Source of the DNA: an uncultured archaeon
Lineage (GTDB): Archaea; Thermoplasmatota; Penumbrarchaeia; JASLWR01
Assembly: GCA_964342815.1 (NCBI GenBank)
Contig: CAYFHS010000002.1
Coordinates: forward strand, 248,790 to 312,789
Direction: 5' to 3'
DNA: 64,000 nucleotides
A program made the translations under genes and the position numbers. The notes beneath the pieces are model-generated. The model was not told the DNA's origin and searched no databases. It saw nothing but the letters and a program-made list of their open reading frames with translations. Of the stretch, positions 20,001 through 28,329 are shown one piece after another (positions within the stretch are counted from its first letter, which is position 1; every line of letters begins with the position of its first letter).

Positions 20001-20206
20001 AAGATGGTTTCTGCGGGCGTTTCCAATGGAACAGGTTCGGGGTGAGCTTTTTTTCCCACGATATTGTCTACCCACAATGCACCGGGTTGAAATGACAGTA
20101 TTATGACGGCAAGAAGACAGATTGATCGTTTTACTTTTACTCTTCCGAACAATGGCCGACTCGGTTTTAGAAAAAACATGCTAGTACTTTGATATATATT
20201 AGTCAT
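14099..20206 (-). CDS. giant surface protein: DUF2341 + LamG + Asp-box propeller + Ig/cadherin-like repeats + TM + cytoplasmic RING-like Zn finger
   Basis: WWDFNWNYRQEISI..GSDIRF..YWIEKW..MYYGNP (DUF2341-like); AAWHFDQGAG/WMHLAFV/FQGIMDEMILY (LamG); SxDGGxTW repeats; TM WIGGGIFILILLVVLIFLF; CSIC-x12-CSC-x4-H-x2-C-x6-CPNC. Confidence 0.85.
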   Translation of the reverse strand: MTNIYQSTSMFFLKPSRPLFGRVKVKRSICLLAVIILSFQPGALWVDNIVGKKAHPEPVPLETPAETIFTDQITSPGNLSNEKLSPLSPKPRGSSVVIENHSMGGSWFDDFNDETGLANYSDFQVRGSRVKMDWWDFNWNYRQEISIQDQRGGNLTDYPVKINFNLTNFNYTKADANGSDIRFVDSDENNYEYWIEKWNASGESRILLKIPNIPANGERKVRMYYGNPIAESRSNGSTVFSLFEDCSGKNLTGKLISYSFGTAENTLVPDYGGSLKSTRNRELGLDGYAVMSRDIYFPGTSISYDQMVVKNENNLFDAMDARILLVAPNYHPQAPVVENIYLSYSINFLTPVLQAGENNGDGNSLFENNSIGREWSSFRNLRLDVLDDTKVELYYKNEFQAALTLNNSLEHGFYVIFGYYNATNTGLGNGHAYKFYLDNFNIRNHVSQEPMVHLGHTEKANITTSLESVVVERPPSFYWSHLGHAKSEPKDTRLNVTILNAASGTPIPGFENISTHSADISVLNDLNISSIRLRGWFTAKGTIKPLLESWGLEWRAENAWRDSFITSTRLEDYENLTAGGSLSLAANTAIPGPNVSAAWHFDQGAGDVAADMSGNGNHGAIFGPIRSKGFYGGGLKFDGSNDLVRAGKLGIYEQLTVEMRIKPDFPANDSSQMLYRLFTGNDTTAMYNTANDSFIISHRMNDSNWKTTGELTGIGSVRALLESSDGTVYAGTTPNGDVFKSLDHGATWTNTGGLTGATNVSTLIQASGGAIFAGTVPNGKLFRTNTGGLNWVDMGTVGTQSPHSINCLMESSRGLLYAGTEGVPGEVYRSRDGGASWEATGPFPAGTLAVNSLMESSDGSIFAGTNYLGSIFRSRDGGDTWQATAYDGEPLIIHSLLETSDGVILAGGELPYKDSGARVYRSENGGGSWNMTTMGIPGHAVYSLVETYDGTIYAGTGEIVSGIVKSTDGGRTWRLCAGLGGGETYSLMESSFGHFFAATSAAGGVFGVPTNVTVSALRRFSASEWMHLAFVVDERNTTVYNDGFPCGSVSQSIRPDLTGFLIGGDMHSQESDGGYPAGMKNSSFQGIMDEMILYDRAMGPSEIMDRASTGHKNSTFRSANIFVPENNTWDVFHASRRVDNGTMLNLSIHDAATGQPLAWDNGTSGTISLDLLEINTWEHPVVYLEGFMGSNRTRTPMLIDWALNWTPEKSPKLMQDIPDLMIPEENLTKNLLNLDHHFSDPYSGIRDPIYNVTGFDDANITSEVEGKWLNVISLSVNWTGITRFKVKCTNLYGRMATSNIFNVTVFEVNDLPAWRKFPPAIVLEEDREMTTHYSLGSYVTDDEKDTLDFSVTCDDENITASLDHDHHITIIPKKDYFGNIMLNATVFEAENRSNSSSISLPVTVTPVNDPPVVTLTHPANNSILFSRDVTLSWDFIDVDDENTSFEVYLSKSDPPGFYMGSLESSKLDVRDLEDGATYYWYVVGNDGENSALSTGSTWSFIINTSAMPQVELLFPENGAAVNTTDVNLSWRVINPLPSLTYQIYFGNEKHTLEELGNSTRTWYLLTDLEDKSVYWWKVIPLAGEIPGICSSGVWNFTLDSSYEVLYNLDIHFNSDDLVIIRGRNTTLNLTLVNLGNTNIEVKLSITGPLWGHVSFNRSITVPRGGQTGVQINIHNTTKLDIGNYPLNITAAFVGGKRELNVNILLTDEVVGSDDDDIDDKDDEDKRGGGGLEWLWIGGGIFILILLVVLIFLFHRRKSRSGSVPEKGDGAGEDPDPEDREDGEEEVLEPEIEYIPSHGIANDVMEDRSEIELEPNGIHYGYTRKSESRGPVVVAPDHLSEKGGSGTLKGGVTRIRAKMPSNEEGELVGRIEDGAAEHMEILTSTENAEVNKGRVAPAEKSVSCSICFGIVKTGLPLVTCSCGKKYHLACFERVGECPNCGIGFTEIESNEEEISSKDISSDIHRDENSGSDNYVTVPEAEEGNANGKVPWDCTRKTEKAIGGKDGPVEGKIPVQEVGETETADDDYDDEDFHIEL

Positions 20207-20354
20207 ATAATATTTCTTGGGTGTTTTTAATCAGCTATTTCCCGACGATTGCTATTTTTTTTTATACAATGACACTTGCAGATGTTCATTTGCGAGGGCT
20301 TCCATCAATGAATACAAATATCGTGTTTCATATATCGGGCGGAATTTTCTTATC

Positions 20355-20699
20355 TCATTTATTATTTCTTGTTGCCACCCAATTCATTAATGGGATCATG
20401 GCATCTCTCAGGGCGATACCGTCTTCAGTTAACGTATATTCTACTCTGGGCGGAATTTCCGAGAAGAATTCCCGATCGATAAGCCCTTCTTTTTTTAATT
20501 CTTTAAGCCGTTCCGAAAGTGTTTTTGGACCAATCCCTTGAAGTTCCTTCATAATTTCATTATATCTCAATCTTTTATGATTTCCTATGGTTCCAATGAT
20601 CAGGAGAACCCATTTTCTACTAAGAGTTTCTATGATACCGGTGGCCGGGCACAGACAAAAATTATTTTCTCTCGGATTGGCATTACATCTTTTTGACAT
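20355..20699 (-). CDS. HxlR-family winged-helix transcriptional regulator
   Basis: LSRKWVLLII, RYNEI, IGPKTLSERLKEL, EIPPRVEYTLT; start re-called at ATG 20699 (MSKRCNANPRENNFCLCP). Confidence 0.93.
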   Translation of the reverse strand: MSKRCNANPRENNFCLCPATGIIETLSRKWVLLIIGTIGNHKRLRYNEIMKELQGIGPKTLSERLKELKKEGLIDREFFSEIPPRVEYTLTEDGIALRDAMIPLMNWVATRNNK

Positions 20700-20884
20700 A
20701 GTAACATTCTCCCTGGAAAGTGACAGTATTACTTTAAACTTGATAGTATAAATACTTCTAATACTATATCTACTTTTATATCGAAAGTGTTGAAACCATT
20801 GTGAATTCAAACCTTGTCCGCGAACCGTAACTGATCCAAAATTGGTTCCGGCAAATTGTTAAAAAGAGAAAAGGAGGTGATAAA

Positions 20885-20968
20885 ATGTGTGAATTGTGTC
20901 TGCAGCAAAACGCAAAGAAAACTGAAGAACAAACCGAAAAAAAGAATAAGGGAAAATGTTGCAAGTAG
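20885..20968 (+). CDS. 27-aa Cys-rich peptide MCELCLQQNAKKTEEQTEKKNKGKCCK (below the ORF-track size cutoff)
   Basis: strong SD AAGGAGGTGA at 20871-20880 directly upstream of the ATG; CxxC and CC motifs; followed immediately by a hairpin and T-tract. Confidence 0.7.
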   Translation: MCELCLQQNAKKTEEQTEKKNKGKCCK

Positions 20969-20997
20969 AGAATTTTCTAGTTCTCTGCTTTTTTTTT
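20967..20997 (+). terminator. hairpin plus T-run terminator after the small peptide gene
   Basis: AGAGAA/TTCTCT stem followed by T9. Confidence 0.6.
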
Positions 20998-21061
20998 ATT
21001 GTTATCATTGGGTGAGTAAATCATAAATTGATCTGGGAAAAATTCACATGGTGGTGAAATT

Positions 21062-22189
21062 TCATAGATATTTCTCAAAGAAATTTTCCAGACCGGCTTC
21101 ATAGTTGTCGGAACTAAGGAAACCCTCGTTATGGGTGCCTGAAATAGTCAAGAATTCCTTTGGTTCATTGGCGTTTTTGAAAAGTTCTTCACCATGATAG
21201 TAGGGAATCACCTCATCGTTTCCACTATGTATCACCAGAACAGGGCAGCTTATTTTCCGAACAAGTTCGATGGAATCGTACTCGAATCTCGCCAGTATTT
21301 TTACTGGAACTGGGAGAAACAAACTATTCAGAACATCAGAAGCTATCTTTTCATATGACGCGAATGAGGAATCGATTATAAGCATTTTAGGGGTGTGAAC
21401 TTGAGCTACATTTATTGCGGCGGCACCCCCGAGGGACCGACCATATAAAATAACTTCATTTTCGGAAACATTTCTCTTTTGGACCAGATAGTTCAATGCA
21501 GCTTCGACATCCAGATAAGTGCCTTTCTCGGTTGTTTTTCCCCCGCTGTTACCATAACCCCGATAATCAAAAATAAAGATATCGAATCCCATACCATGAA
21601 ATATCCTAAGATACTGCAATCGATCAGCAATATTTCCCGCATTACCGTGACAAAACAAAATCGTTCCTCTCGAAGAGTTTTTCAGCAGGGACCAGCCCGA
21701 TAGTTCAACTCCATCGGAAGCAGAAAATGAGATTTCATCATAGGCCAAACCAATGTCCATTGGCGTTCTTTGAACATCCTTGGTTGGTTGGTAAAGAACA
21801 TGTGGTTGTAATGCAAAGAACAGGCAGGTCATCGCAGTATAAACACCAACGTAAATCAACAAACCAGACTTGGTGATCCTCCAGATGATCCGTAGAGCGT
21901 TGCGTGTTTTTTGTCTGTGAATATTGAGAATATCAAGGAAGCTAAATCTCTCCGCGATAGCCTGTTTTCGATGGCTCGTCAATATGATTATTTTTATTAG
22001 TCCATAGACGGCACCGATGCTTATGAGGATGATTATTGTTCCGGTGAGAAATGAAGATTCCAAAAAGAAATGACCTGACCAGGCCAATCCGCTCCAGCCA
22101 ATTATGAAACAGAGAAAAATGGCCGAACAATAGAGTAATTGATGTCCGATATAAGTTCTAATGGCAAATAATTTCATTCTTTCCGTCAA
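21062..22189 (-). CDS. membrane-anchored alpha/beta hydrolase (BEM46/ABHD13-like)
   Basis: FCHGNAGNI, FDYRGYGNS, nucleophile GRSLGG, DEVIP and GTHN; three N-terminal TM segments. Confidence 0.9.
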   Translation of the reverse strand: MTERMKLFAIRTYIGHQLLYCSAIFLCFIIGWSGLAWSGHFFLESSFLTGTIIILISIGAVYGLIKIIILTSHRKQAIAERFSFLDILNIHRQKTRNALRIIWRITKSGLLIYVGVYTAMTCLFFALQPHVLYQPTKDVQRTPMDIGLAYDEISFSASDGVELSGWSLLKNSSRGTILFCHGNAGNIADRLQYLRIFHGMGFDIFIFDYRGYGNSGGKTTEKGTYLDVEAALNYLVQKRNVSENEVILYGRSLGGAAAINVAQVHTPKMLIIDSSFASYEKIASDVLNSLFLPVPVKILARFEYDSIELVRKISCPVLVIHSGNDEVIPYYHGEELFKNANEPKEFLTISGTHNEGFLSSDNYEAGLENFFEKYL

Positions 22190-22330
22190 AACACCTTTTT
22201 AAGTTCTTAATCTTAAACTGTTCAAGTATCATAATATCATTTTCGTTCAAATAACTTATAGTTCTCTTTTAAAGAATATTTCTTTAATATTTATAATATA
22301 TTAAGCATATATTAATCACGGGTGATTAAA

Positions 22331-22570
22331 ATGCCAGTTGTAAGTTCTGATATTCCGGAACAAATGAATGAGGAGCTTCGACTCCTCGTAGCGGCAGGTC
22401 TTTATAAAAGCAAGAGTGAAGCATTAAGAGACGCCATTCGGGACCTGTCGGATAAATATCATGATAGAATAATGGAAGTTAGAGAAATCCGCGCAAGAAT
22501 AGACAAGGCAATGGGAGAGAGCAAATTGAGCGACATCGTTGACGAAATGCGGGAGGAGGAGATGCATTAA
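22331..22570 (+). CDS. ribbon-helix-helix (CopG/ParD-like) antitoxin
   Basis: MPVVSSDIPE..LVAAGLYKSKSEALRDAIR; directly upstream of a PIN gene. Confidence 0.8.
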   Translation: MPVVSSDIPEQMNEELRLLVAAGLYKSKSEALRDAIRDLSDKYHDRIMEVREIRARIDKAMGESKLSDIVDEMREEEMH

Positions 22571-22967
22571 ATGACCATCTTCTATTTGGATACTTCCGTA
22601 ATCATAAAACGATAAAGAACAGAAGAAGGGACTGCTTTCTACAAAGGACTTCCAAAGAGCAATGACGATATTTTCCAAGGAAACCGACAATATTTCGCTT
22701 AGGCCACTTGGTGAAGAAATATTGACCAAGGCAATTCATGTTGTTATGGATCATACCCTTAGAACCGCTGATGCAATCCACCTGGCGACTGCATTGGTAG
22801 TGCAAGATATGATGTTTGCTCTCGATGAATTTATTGTATTATTATCCAATGACAAGGAAATGTGCAGAGCAGCAGAGAAGGAAGGACTTAGGGTTATTTC
22901 GGCAAAGGATGATAAAATCGCTGAACTAAACAAATTGCTAAATTTGGGTATAGAAAAAAATCTATAA
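22571..22967 (+). pseudogene. vapC: inactivated VapC/PIN toxin
   Basis: N-terminus MTIFYLDTSVIIKR ends at an in-frame TAA (22613-22615); the C-terminal half (LRTADAIHLATAL, SNDKEMCRAAEKEGL) lies in another frame. Confidence 0.8.
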
Positions 22968-23154
22968 GCCCTCAAAATCTCTTTCCCCCTGCGTCCTTCG
23001 GCCAAAGACCTTTCTACCTGATAATATCCCCGATCTCCTATTGCTTCTCGGCCACAGTCTCCCAATTCTCAACGATAGTGTTAAATATCCTTTGAATCTA
23101 TCAGCACAATCACAAAGATTTTCACGCCAATGGTAGGAATATGAGTGATGAAAT

Positions 23155-23745
23155 ATGAAAGGAATGTATATCCTCATCTTATTGATACTAATTCTCGCCT
23201 CATCAAATATTGGATGTACGGATAAGGAGAAGGAAAATCAAGAAAAACCGATGATTGGTATTACCAACGCACATTGGTATTTTGCATATAACAGATTTAT
23301 AAATCCGGATTATGTATTTTTTCTTTTTAATGCTAGTGAAGGAATCAATATTAATCCAGAACAACATTCTTTCTACATTGGTTATTGGGATGAAACTGTG
23401 TCCGTTCTTAGGAAATTTGATTTTAACAATAGGACATATGATGAACGAGGCAATCCACACGGGGGAGACCGAAATGCGTCATTTGACTATACCGCAGACG
23501 GGAATAAACTATGGAATGAGGGGGAGATCATAGCCTTCGACAGGCCGAAGAAAGAAATGAATCTCAAAGTAGAAATTGGCCGGCCATATAGAGTTTTAAT
23601 AAAAAATTCCCAAGAAGAAATTATATGGGAAGCTGATTGGTTCATTTGGGAAAGGGGCATACCGCTGATTGGAGGGATATATTGGCAATATGTCGAAGTA
23701 AATGGTAATTATACAAATTTCAAAAACTCTCCCAGTTCTCTATGA
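23155..23745 (+). CDS. hypothetical secreted protein, possible lipoprotein
   Basis: hydrophobic signal ending ASSNIGC, then a charged linker. Confidence 0.65.
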   Translation: MKGMYILILLILILASSNIGCTDKEKENQEKPMIGITNAHWYFAYNRFINPDYVFFLFNASEGININPEQHSFYIGYWDETVSVLRKFDFNNRTYDERGNPHGGDRNASFDYTADGNKLWNEGEIIAFDRPKKEMNLKVEIGRPYRVLIKNSQEEIIWEADWFIWERGIPLIGGIYWQYVEVNGNYTNFKNSPSSL

Positions 23746-23782
23746 TGGTAAAATAAGGGTATCTCAACAAGGAGGAAAAGAT

Positions 23783-24718
23783 GTGCGTATCAATCGAATT
23801 GATATCTCGTTAATAGTCCTTATAATATTCGTGCTAATATTATCTTCAACGGTTGCCTATATATTGTTTTTTTCTGAGGAAGAAGAGAATAATAAGACAA
23901 TATCAAATAACTATGTGACTTATAGTGAAATATTATACCCAGAAGACAAGGTCAATTTCCTTAATAAAAGAATTCACGTGAAAGGTTTTCTCGGTATGAA
24001 ACCTGGAAGAGCAAGTATGGGAAACTCACCTTATTATTTAATGGCGAATGTATTCGAAAACGGAGGACCTATTTTTATCGACTTATACAATCCAAACTTC
24101 CCTTCTGATACTAATTATTCAACACCTTTTATGTACCAAAGAGGATTCGAGCCTTTTTTTCAAAAAGAAGTGATTGTTGATGGTATCGTCAAAAATGCTA
24201 CCTTTTTTCAGAATGGCATAGATGGAGAAACATATCAATATTATTATTTGGAAGTATTGGATATAATTTTAAAGACCGATGAAACATCTCAAACTAAGAT
24301 CAATTTGGATGAAATATCAATTGACAATTCAAAACCGGTTGTTGAAAAAGACATCGTATTCAGTATTAAATTGATAAATATCCGTAATACTATTTTAAAT
24401 AATTTCAACATAACCCTTTCTCTAAATAATTCCATGAATACAATTGTGATTGGGACCACACACTTGGATTCATTGGCCCCGGATGAAACAAAGACGATAA
24501 AATTTTCATGGAAGGCCAAAAAGGGGGAATATCTTCCCTATGTATCAGTTGATGGGGATGTCAATTTGGTTGACGGGGAGAGCCAGAATTCATTTGTTGT
24601 AGTTCAGGGTGAAAGGTCTCAGGATTCAATAATTCCTATAATCTTAATTTCTACAATATCGATCCTGCTAGTCATTATTATCTTCCTTTTACTAAAACGC
24701 AAGAAAAGCGGGAAGTGA
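23783..24718 (+). CDS. membrane protein with N- and C-terminal TM and a CARDB-like Ig domain
   Basis: GGAGG SD before GTG 23783 (ORF track starts 23702); LDSLAPDETKTIKFSWKAKKGEY..VSVD; C-terminal TM followed by KRKK. Confidence 0.7.
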   Translation: MRINRIDISLIVLIIFVLILSSTVAYILFFSEEEENNKTISNNYVTYSEILYPEDKVNFLNKRIHVKGFLGMKPGRASMGNSPYYLMANVFENGGPIFIDLYNPNFPSDTNYSTPFMYQRGFEPFFQKEVIVDGIVKNATFFQNGIDGETYQYYYLEVLDIILKTDETSQTKINLDEISIDNSKPVVEKDIVFSIKLINIRNTILNNFNITLSLNNSMNTIVIGTTHLDSLAPDETKTIKFSWKAKKGEYLPYVSVDGDVNLVDGESQNSFVVVQGERSQDSIIPIILISTISILLVIIIFLLLKRKKSGK

Positions 24719-24757
24719 CCATGAATTCCCTTGGTATTCCCTTCCTCGTTCTTCGAG

Positions 24758-25045
24758 CTAAACCTGTGGTTCGGTAATTGTTGTTTGGACTTTCTCTATA
24801 TTTTTTACTGCTAAAACTTCGATTTGTCCTTTCAAAATCAAATCTAAAGTTACTCTTGCAGCAATCCCATCTTCGTCATAAAAATGGGACATTTCTTCCA
24901 ATTCTTGCCGTACTTTCTTTGGAACAACGATTTTTGATATCGTTAAACAATCTTTGAGGACCAAACCTAAACCCAAAGAGATTAATGCACTTGTATCCCC
25001 TACAACTATGGTATCAGGAATTCTGTTTGGAATCTTTTTTGGCAC
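24758..25045 (-). pseudogene. truncated PIN-domain (DUF3368-like) toxin
   Basis: IVVGDTSALISL, IVVPKKVRQELEE; stops after ~95 aa, before the usual GEAEA/DD C-terminal acidic motifs. Confidence 0.6.
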
Positions 25046-25334
25046 GTGAAATACTCTCCTTAAGGGTTTCCTTTGCAATCTTTATCTGTTCCGCTGTGTC
25101 AATGCCTACAACACGAGAAAAATCGTCAAAATCAATGTTTCCCTCAAGGAATTGATTGGTAATAATTTCCTTCACTTCTCGGTTCTCAAGATCGTGTTCG
25201 ACGTAATCTACAAGAGCGTCACGAATAATATCTGATCTGCGTTTATATTTCTTATGTGCAATTTGATCAAGTTCGTGCAACAATCTTGAATCTACTCTAA
25301 TACTTACTTGCTGAAGACTCATTTTAACACCCAA
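25014..25334 (-). CDS. CopG/RHH-family antitoxin-like regulator
   Basis: QVSIRVDSRLLHELDQIA..RSDIIRDAL; overlaps the PIN gene. Confidence 0.8.
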   Translation of the reverse strand: MGVKMSLQQVSIRVDSRLLHELDQIAHKKYKRRSDIIRDALVDYVEHDLENREVKEIITNQFLEGNIDFDDFSRVVGIDTAEQIKIAKETLKESISRAKKDSKQNS

Positions 25335-25448
25335 TGAAATACATTGACTTACATTTACTTATATTTTTAGATTGTTTTTTCTGAATAATCTACTTCATTT
25401 TAATCCAATTTTTCCCAACAAAAACGTTTTTCCGGTTGGCTCTTACAA

Positions 25449-25769
25449 TTATTTCTCAAAATTCATTTCCATTCCACCAAACCATTTTGAACTAACATTA
25501 TATAGAAAAGCCTCAACAAGTCCTGCGATGAATCCAAATGCGGCGAATATGATTGGCATTCCTATGAGTGCTCCGAACGCAAGCACTGTTCCGTAGCTCA
25601 ATCCCGGGGTCTCTGCGGTAGTGCTGGATATCAATCCGAGGCTTACGGTAATATCTATGATCAGCCCGCCAAATGAGTATAATATCCCGGCAACCAAACC
25701 CACCAGCAACATCAGAAAAGCTTGGAATTTTGCGAGTGAGATCAAATTAATTTTTTTTACCTTTGCCAT
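25449..25769 (-). CDS. small membrane protein, DUF3566-like
   Basis: KVKKINLISLAK..two TM..FLYNVSSKWFGGMEM pattern. Confidence 0.7.
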   Translation of the reverse strand: MAKVKKINLISLAKFQAFLMLLVGLVAGILYSFGGLIIDITVSLGLISSTTAETPGLSYGTVLAFGALIGMPIIFAAFGFIAGLVEAFLYNVSSKWFGGMEMNFEK

Positions 25770-25953
25770 TTTAATTCACCTTGCTGAAATTAGATTGGTT
25801 TATGAATTAATATACTTTTTTTATTATAATTCGGTCTGGTAGGATATAAAAATTTGCCTTATTGAAAAAGGAGACTATACCTGCTAGTTTATGAAATTCA
25901 TGTTTTTGTATAATCGTCATTGGATCAGCAGATGAAGAACGGGTTATCTCCGG

Positions 25954-26634
25954 TTATAACAATTTTACCATATCGATGTTTCTCTCCATAAGCTCTGCCA
26001 GCTCCCCCATTAACGCGATGTTCTTCTCGATCTCCCTCACGTCAGTCATCACTTCGTATTTAAAGAGTGAAATACGGTCGCGTCGAAGCCATATGATGAA
26101 CATAACCGCTAGATTATTGGTATCGAAGGTTCCGTGCGTACGAAAAATTCTGTTCCTTGCATCCCTGTTGATCAATCCCAGAACGATTTCTTTTTTTCCT
26201 TTCGAACCTATGATGTATCCCTTGTCGAAGTCAGATTCACCGGAAAGTTCCTTTTTCAGACCGCCGGTGGGTCTCATGAGAACGTGAAGGTTCCTTGGAT
26301 ATACGAATATGTCCCTTGAGGGTATTTCCTTCTTCAGATAAACAGTAATAAAGACACGATACGGCTCGTCTCTTCTGTATTCGTAATGATATTCCACTAT
26401 CCTTTCATGTGATTTTATTAAGTATTTTAGCCGCTTGTTCTTTGAAGAACGAACCACACGTCCTCCTTTCATCAGCTTGACGTTCCGCGAAAATATCGAT
26501 TCCCACTTATTTTTCTTTGTTGCGATCATCCGACCGATTTTTCGAGTACTCCACCAGGAAAGTAATATAATACCGGTTAGTGTGAAAATTAATATAATTA
26601 TGACCACAATAATAACGCCAGTATTTGCACTCAT
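25954..26634 (-). CDS. hypothetical protein with N-terminal TM anchor
   Basis: 226-aa ORF with a hydrophobic N-terminus. Confidence 0.65.
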   Translation of the reverse strand: MSANTGVIIVVIIILIFTLTGIILLSWWSTRKIGRMIATKKNKWESIFSRNVKLMKGGRVVRSSKNKRLKYLIKSHERIVEYHYEYRRDEPYRVFITVYLKKEIPSRDIFVYPRNLHVLMRPTGGLKKELSGESDFDKGYIIGSKGKKEIVLGLINRDARNRIFRTHGTFDTNNLAVMFIIWLRRDRISLFKYEVMTDVREIEKNIALMGELAELMERNIDMVKLL

Positions 26635-26715
26635 GGTACATAGAAGATTCTATTTTATAATATGATTTTTTATTATATTTTCTAGTAGAAACTTTTTCAC
26701 GAGAACGATTCGACA

Positions 26716-27033
26716 TCATTTATAATTGTAGAGCCTATTGTAAGCATCTTCTTCTTCATCGGTCTTCTCATTCCCGCTTCTTTTCAAAATCGAGTATATT
26801 ATTATGGCCAAAATAAAAACGATGAATCCAAAGGTGAACATGAAAGTGCCGCAAATTCCGTAAGGGTGTTTCTCCTGGGTAACATTTATGGTTCCATTCT
26901 CACCAGCACTGTTGTAGAAGGGTATGTGGGCTTCTTCTTCAGTTGTGTATGAATAAAGTATCATTCCAACCACAATAAGGGCCGCGGCAATTGCAAAAAT
27001 TCCGATTACGAGTGCGATCTTGAGGGCTTCCAC
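26716..27033 (-). CDS. two-TM small membrane protein (paralog of 28330-28644)
   Basis: IGIFAI..ALIVVG.ILYS.T.EEEA..VTQEK.P.G.CG..FGFIVFILAI shared with the paralog. Confidence 0.75.
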   Translation of the reverse strand: MEALKIALVIGIFAIAAALIVVGMILYSYTTEEEAHIPFYNSAGENGTINVTQEKHPYGICGTFMFTFGFIVFILAIIIYSILKRSGNEKTDEEEDAYNRLYNYK

Positions 27034-27268
27034 GTTTCATCCCACCGTTTTTACCATAAAAATATAGTACAGCGCTCATTAATATCCTTTTCCAATCAAT
27101 TCATCTGAAAAATAAGTTAACATCATCTAAGTGATGACAAAGAGTAATTTTGGAAAATGAAAGGCCTCCGCTCGTAAGTCTTTAACCGCTCTGTTTATCA
27201 GCTACCTGAAGCATAGGGATTAAATTTATTATGCTCTTAAAATAATATATTAATGGAGATTGCTGCAA

Positions 27269-27928
27269 ATGTATCCCGCTGTTCATGGTCTGGTAGCTTG
27301 GATATTAGTGTCCTTAACATTAAAGGATTCTAGAGATAGGCGGTTGGCCGTTATCGCCGGGGTGATTTCAGATATAGATGGGGTTTTCATCTTATTTAAT
27401 ATGGAATTATTTAGCAAATACCATCATACTTTCGGTCATTCGTTACTGTTTGGAATATTAATCGCTCTTGTCCTGGGGGTATTCGGGAAACGAAAATTTA
27501 AAGTGTTCTACATTGCTTTTTGTGCCTTTCTCATACATCAAAGTTTGGATATCATCGGATCAAATTGGGGAATATATCTTTTTTATCCTCTCTCAGAATT
27601 CGAAATTACCTTGACGTCGATTCTTTCGGATCCAATGATCTATGACATTATCAATCCAATCGTTTTTATTTTAGCGATACTCTCAACAATTCTAATCATG
27701 TATAAAAAGGAATTTTCTCCGATACAGTTCATATCCGAGAAACTGGACCGACGGATCACGGCTTATTTGGTATACCCCTTCAAATATAAGTGTGACATTT
27801 GTGGTAAATGGGCTTTTATACAATGTTCGAACTGTGGAAAGAAAGCCTGTCCGGATCATTCGAAGGATATTATTAAATGGATTTGCACCTCATGCGGTAA
27901 ATCTACAAAAAAGGGCGGTAAAACTTAA
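27269..27928 (+). CDS. YdjM/DUF457-like membrane metal-dependent hydrolase with C-terminal Zn finger
   Basis: VHGLV, SDIDG, HHTFGHSLLF, HQSLDIIG; C-terminal CDIC-x7-CSNC-x4-CPDH-x8-CTSC. Confidence 0.8.
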   Translation: MYPAVHGLVAWILVSLTLKDSRDRRLAVIAGVISDIDGVFILFNMELFSKYHHTFGHSLLFGILIALVLGVFGKRKFKVFYIAFCAFLIHQSLDIIGSNWGIYLFYPLSEFEITLTSILSDPMIYDIINPIVFILAILSTILIMYKKEFSPIQFISEKLDRRITAYLVYPFKYKCDICGKWAFIQCSNCGKKACPDHSKDIIKWICTSCGKSTKKGGKT

Positions 27929-28018
27929 TCTATCATATGGGTCAGAAACCTTTGAATTGAAGGTAGAGAGGAAATCCCAACAGAGGGTATCCCTCCTGGA
28001 TCCCTCATAAAGATGTAT

Positions 28019-28225
28019 TTATAGAATAGTGAGGGAAATTACGCACCAAATTAAGGCGCCGCCACCAACTACGAGATTGATGATGGTTCCTATCCAATAC
28101 GTCACAGGCCGTTCTTCCCGGTGGACAAGCCCCCGCCTGGAAAGCAGCTTTCCCGTGATAAGGGCAAAAACACCCATACCAAGCATGACAAATCCAAAGA
28201 TCAGAAGGAAAATTAGTTCGGACAT
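28019..28225 (-). CDS. small two-TM membrane protein
   Basis: 68 aa with two hydrophobic helices around HREERPVTYW. Confidence 0.6.
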   Translation of the reverse strand: MSELIFLLIFGFVMLGMGVFALITGKLLSRRGLVHREERPVTYWIGTIINLVVGGGALIWCVISLTIL

Positions 28226-28329
28226 ATTTATTAGAATCGGCTATCAGATTATATGTTTTTTCTCTGCATTTTCTGCAATTTTTTTAATCTAATGGAGGGG
28301 GTTATTGACATCGTTCTTATCTTAATAAC

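Noticed and set aside
22970-23065. GDRGYY motif on the minus strand suggesting a DDE transposase remnant
   Set aside because: Too short, with no other transposase motifs or terminal repeats
27120-27215. GTGATGA ... CTGA C/D-like pair
   Set aside because: Spacing is long and the C box is sequestered in a CATCA/TGATG hairpin; plausible by chance
27951-28008. Weak similarity to 8302-8352 (TTTGAATTGAA-N12-ATCCCA-N9/10-ATCCCT)
   Set aside because: Short patchy match with only two instances; cannot be separated from chance
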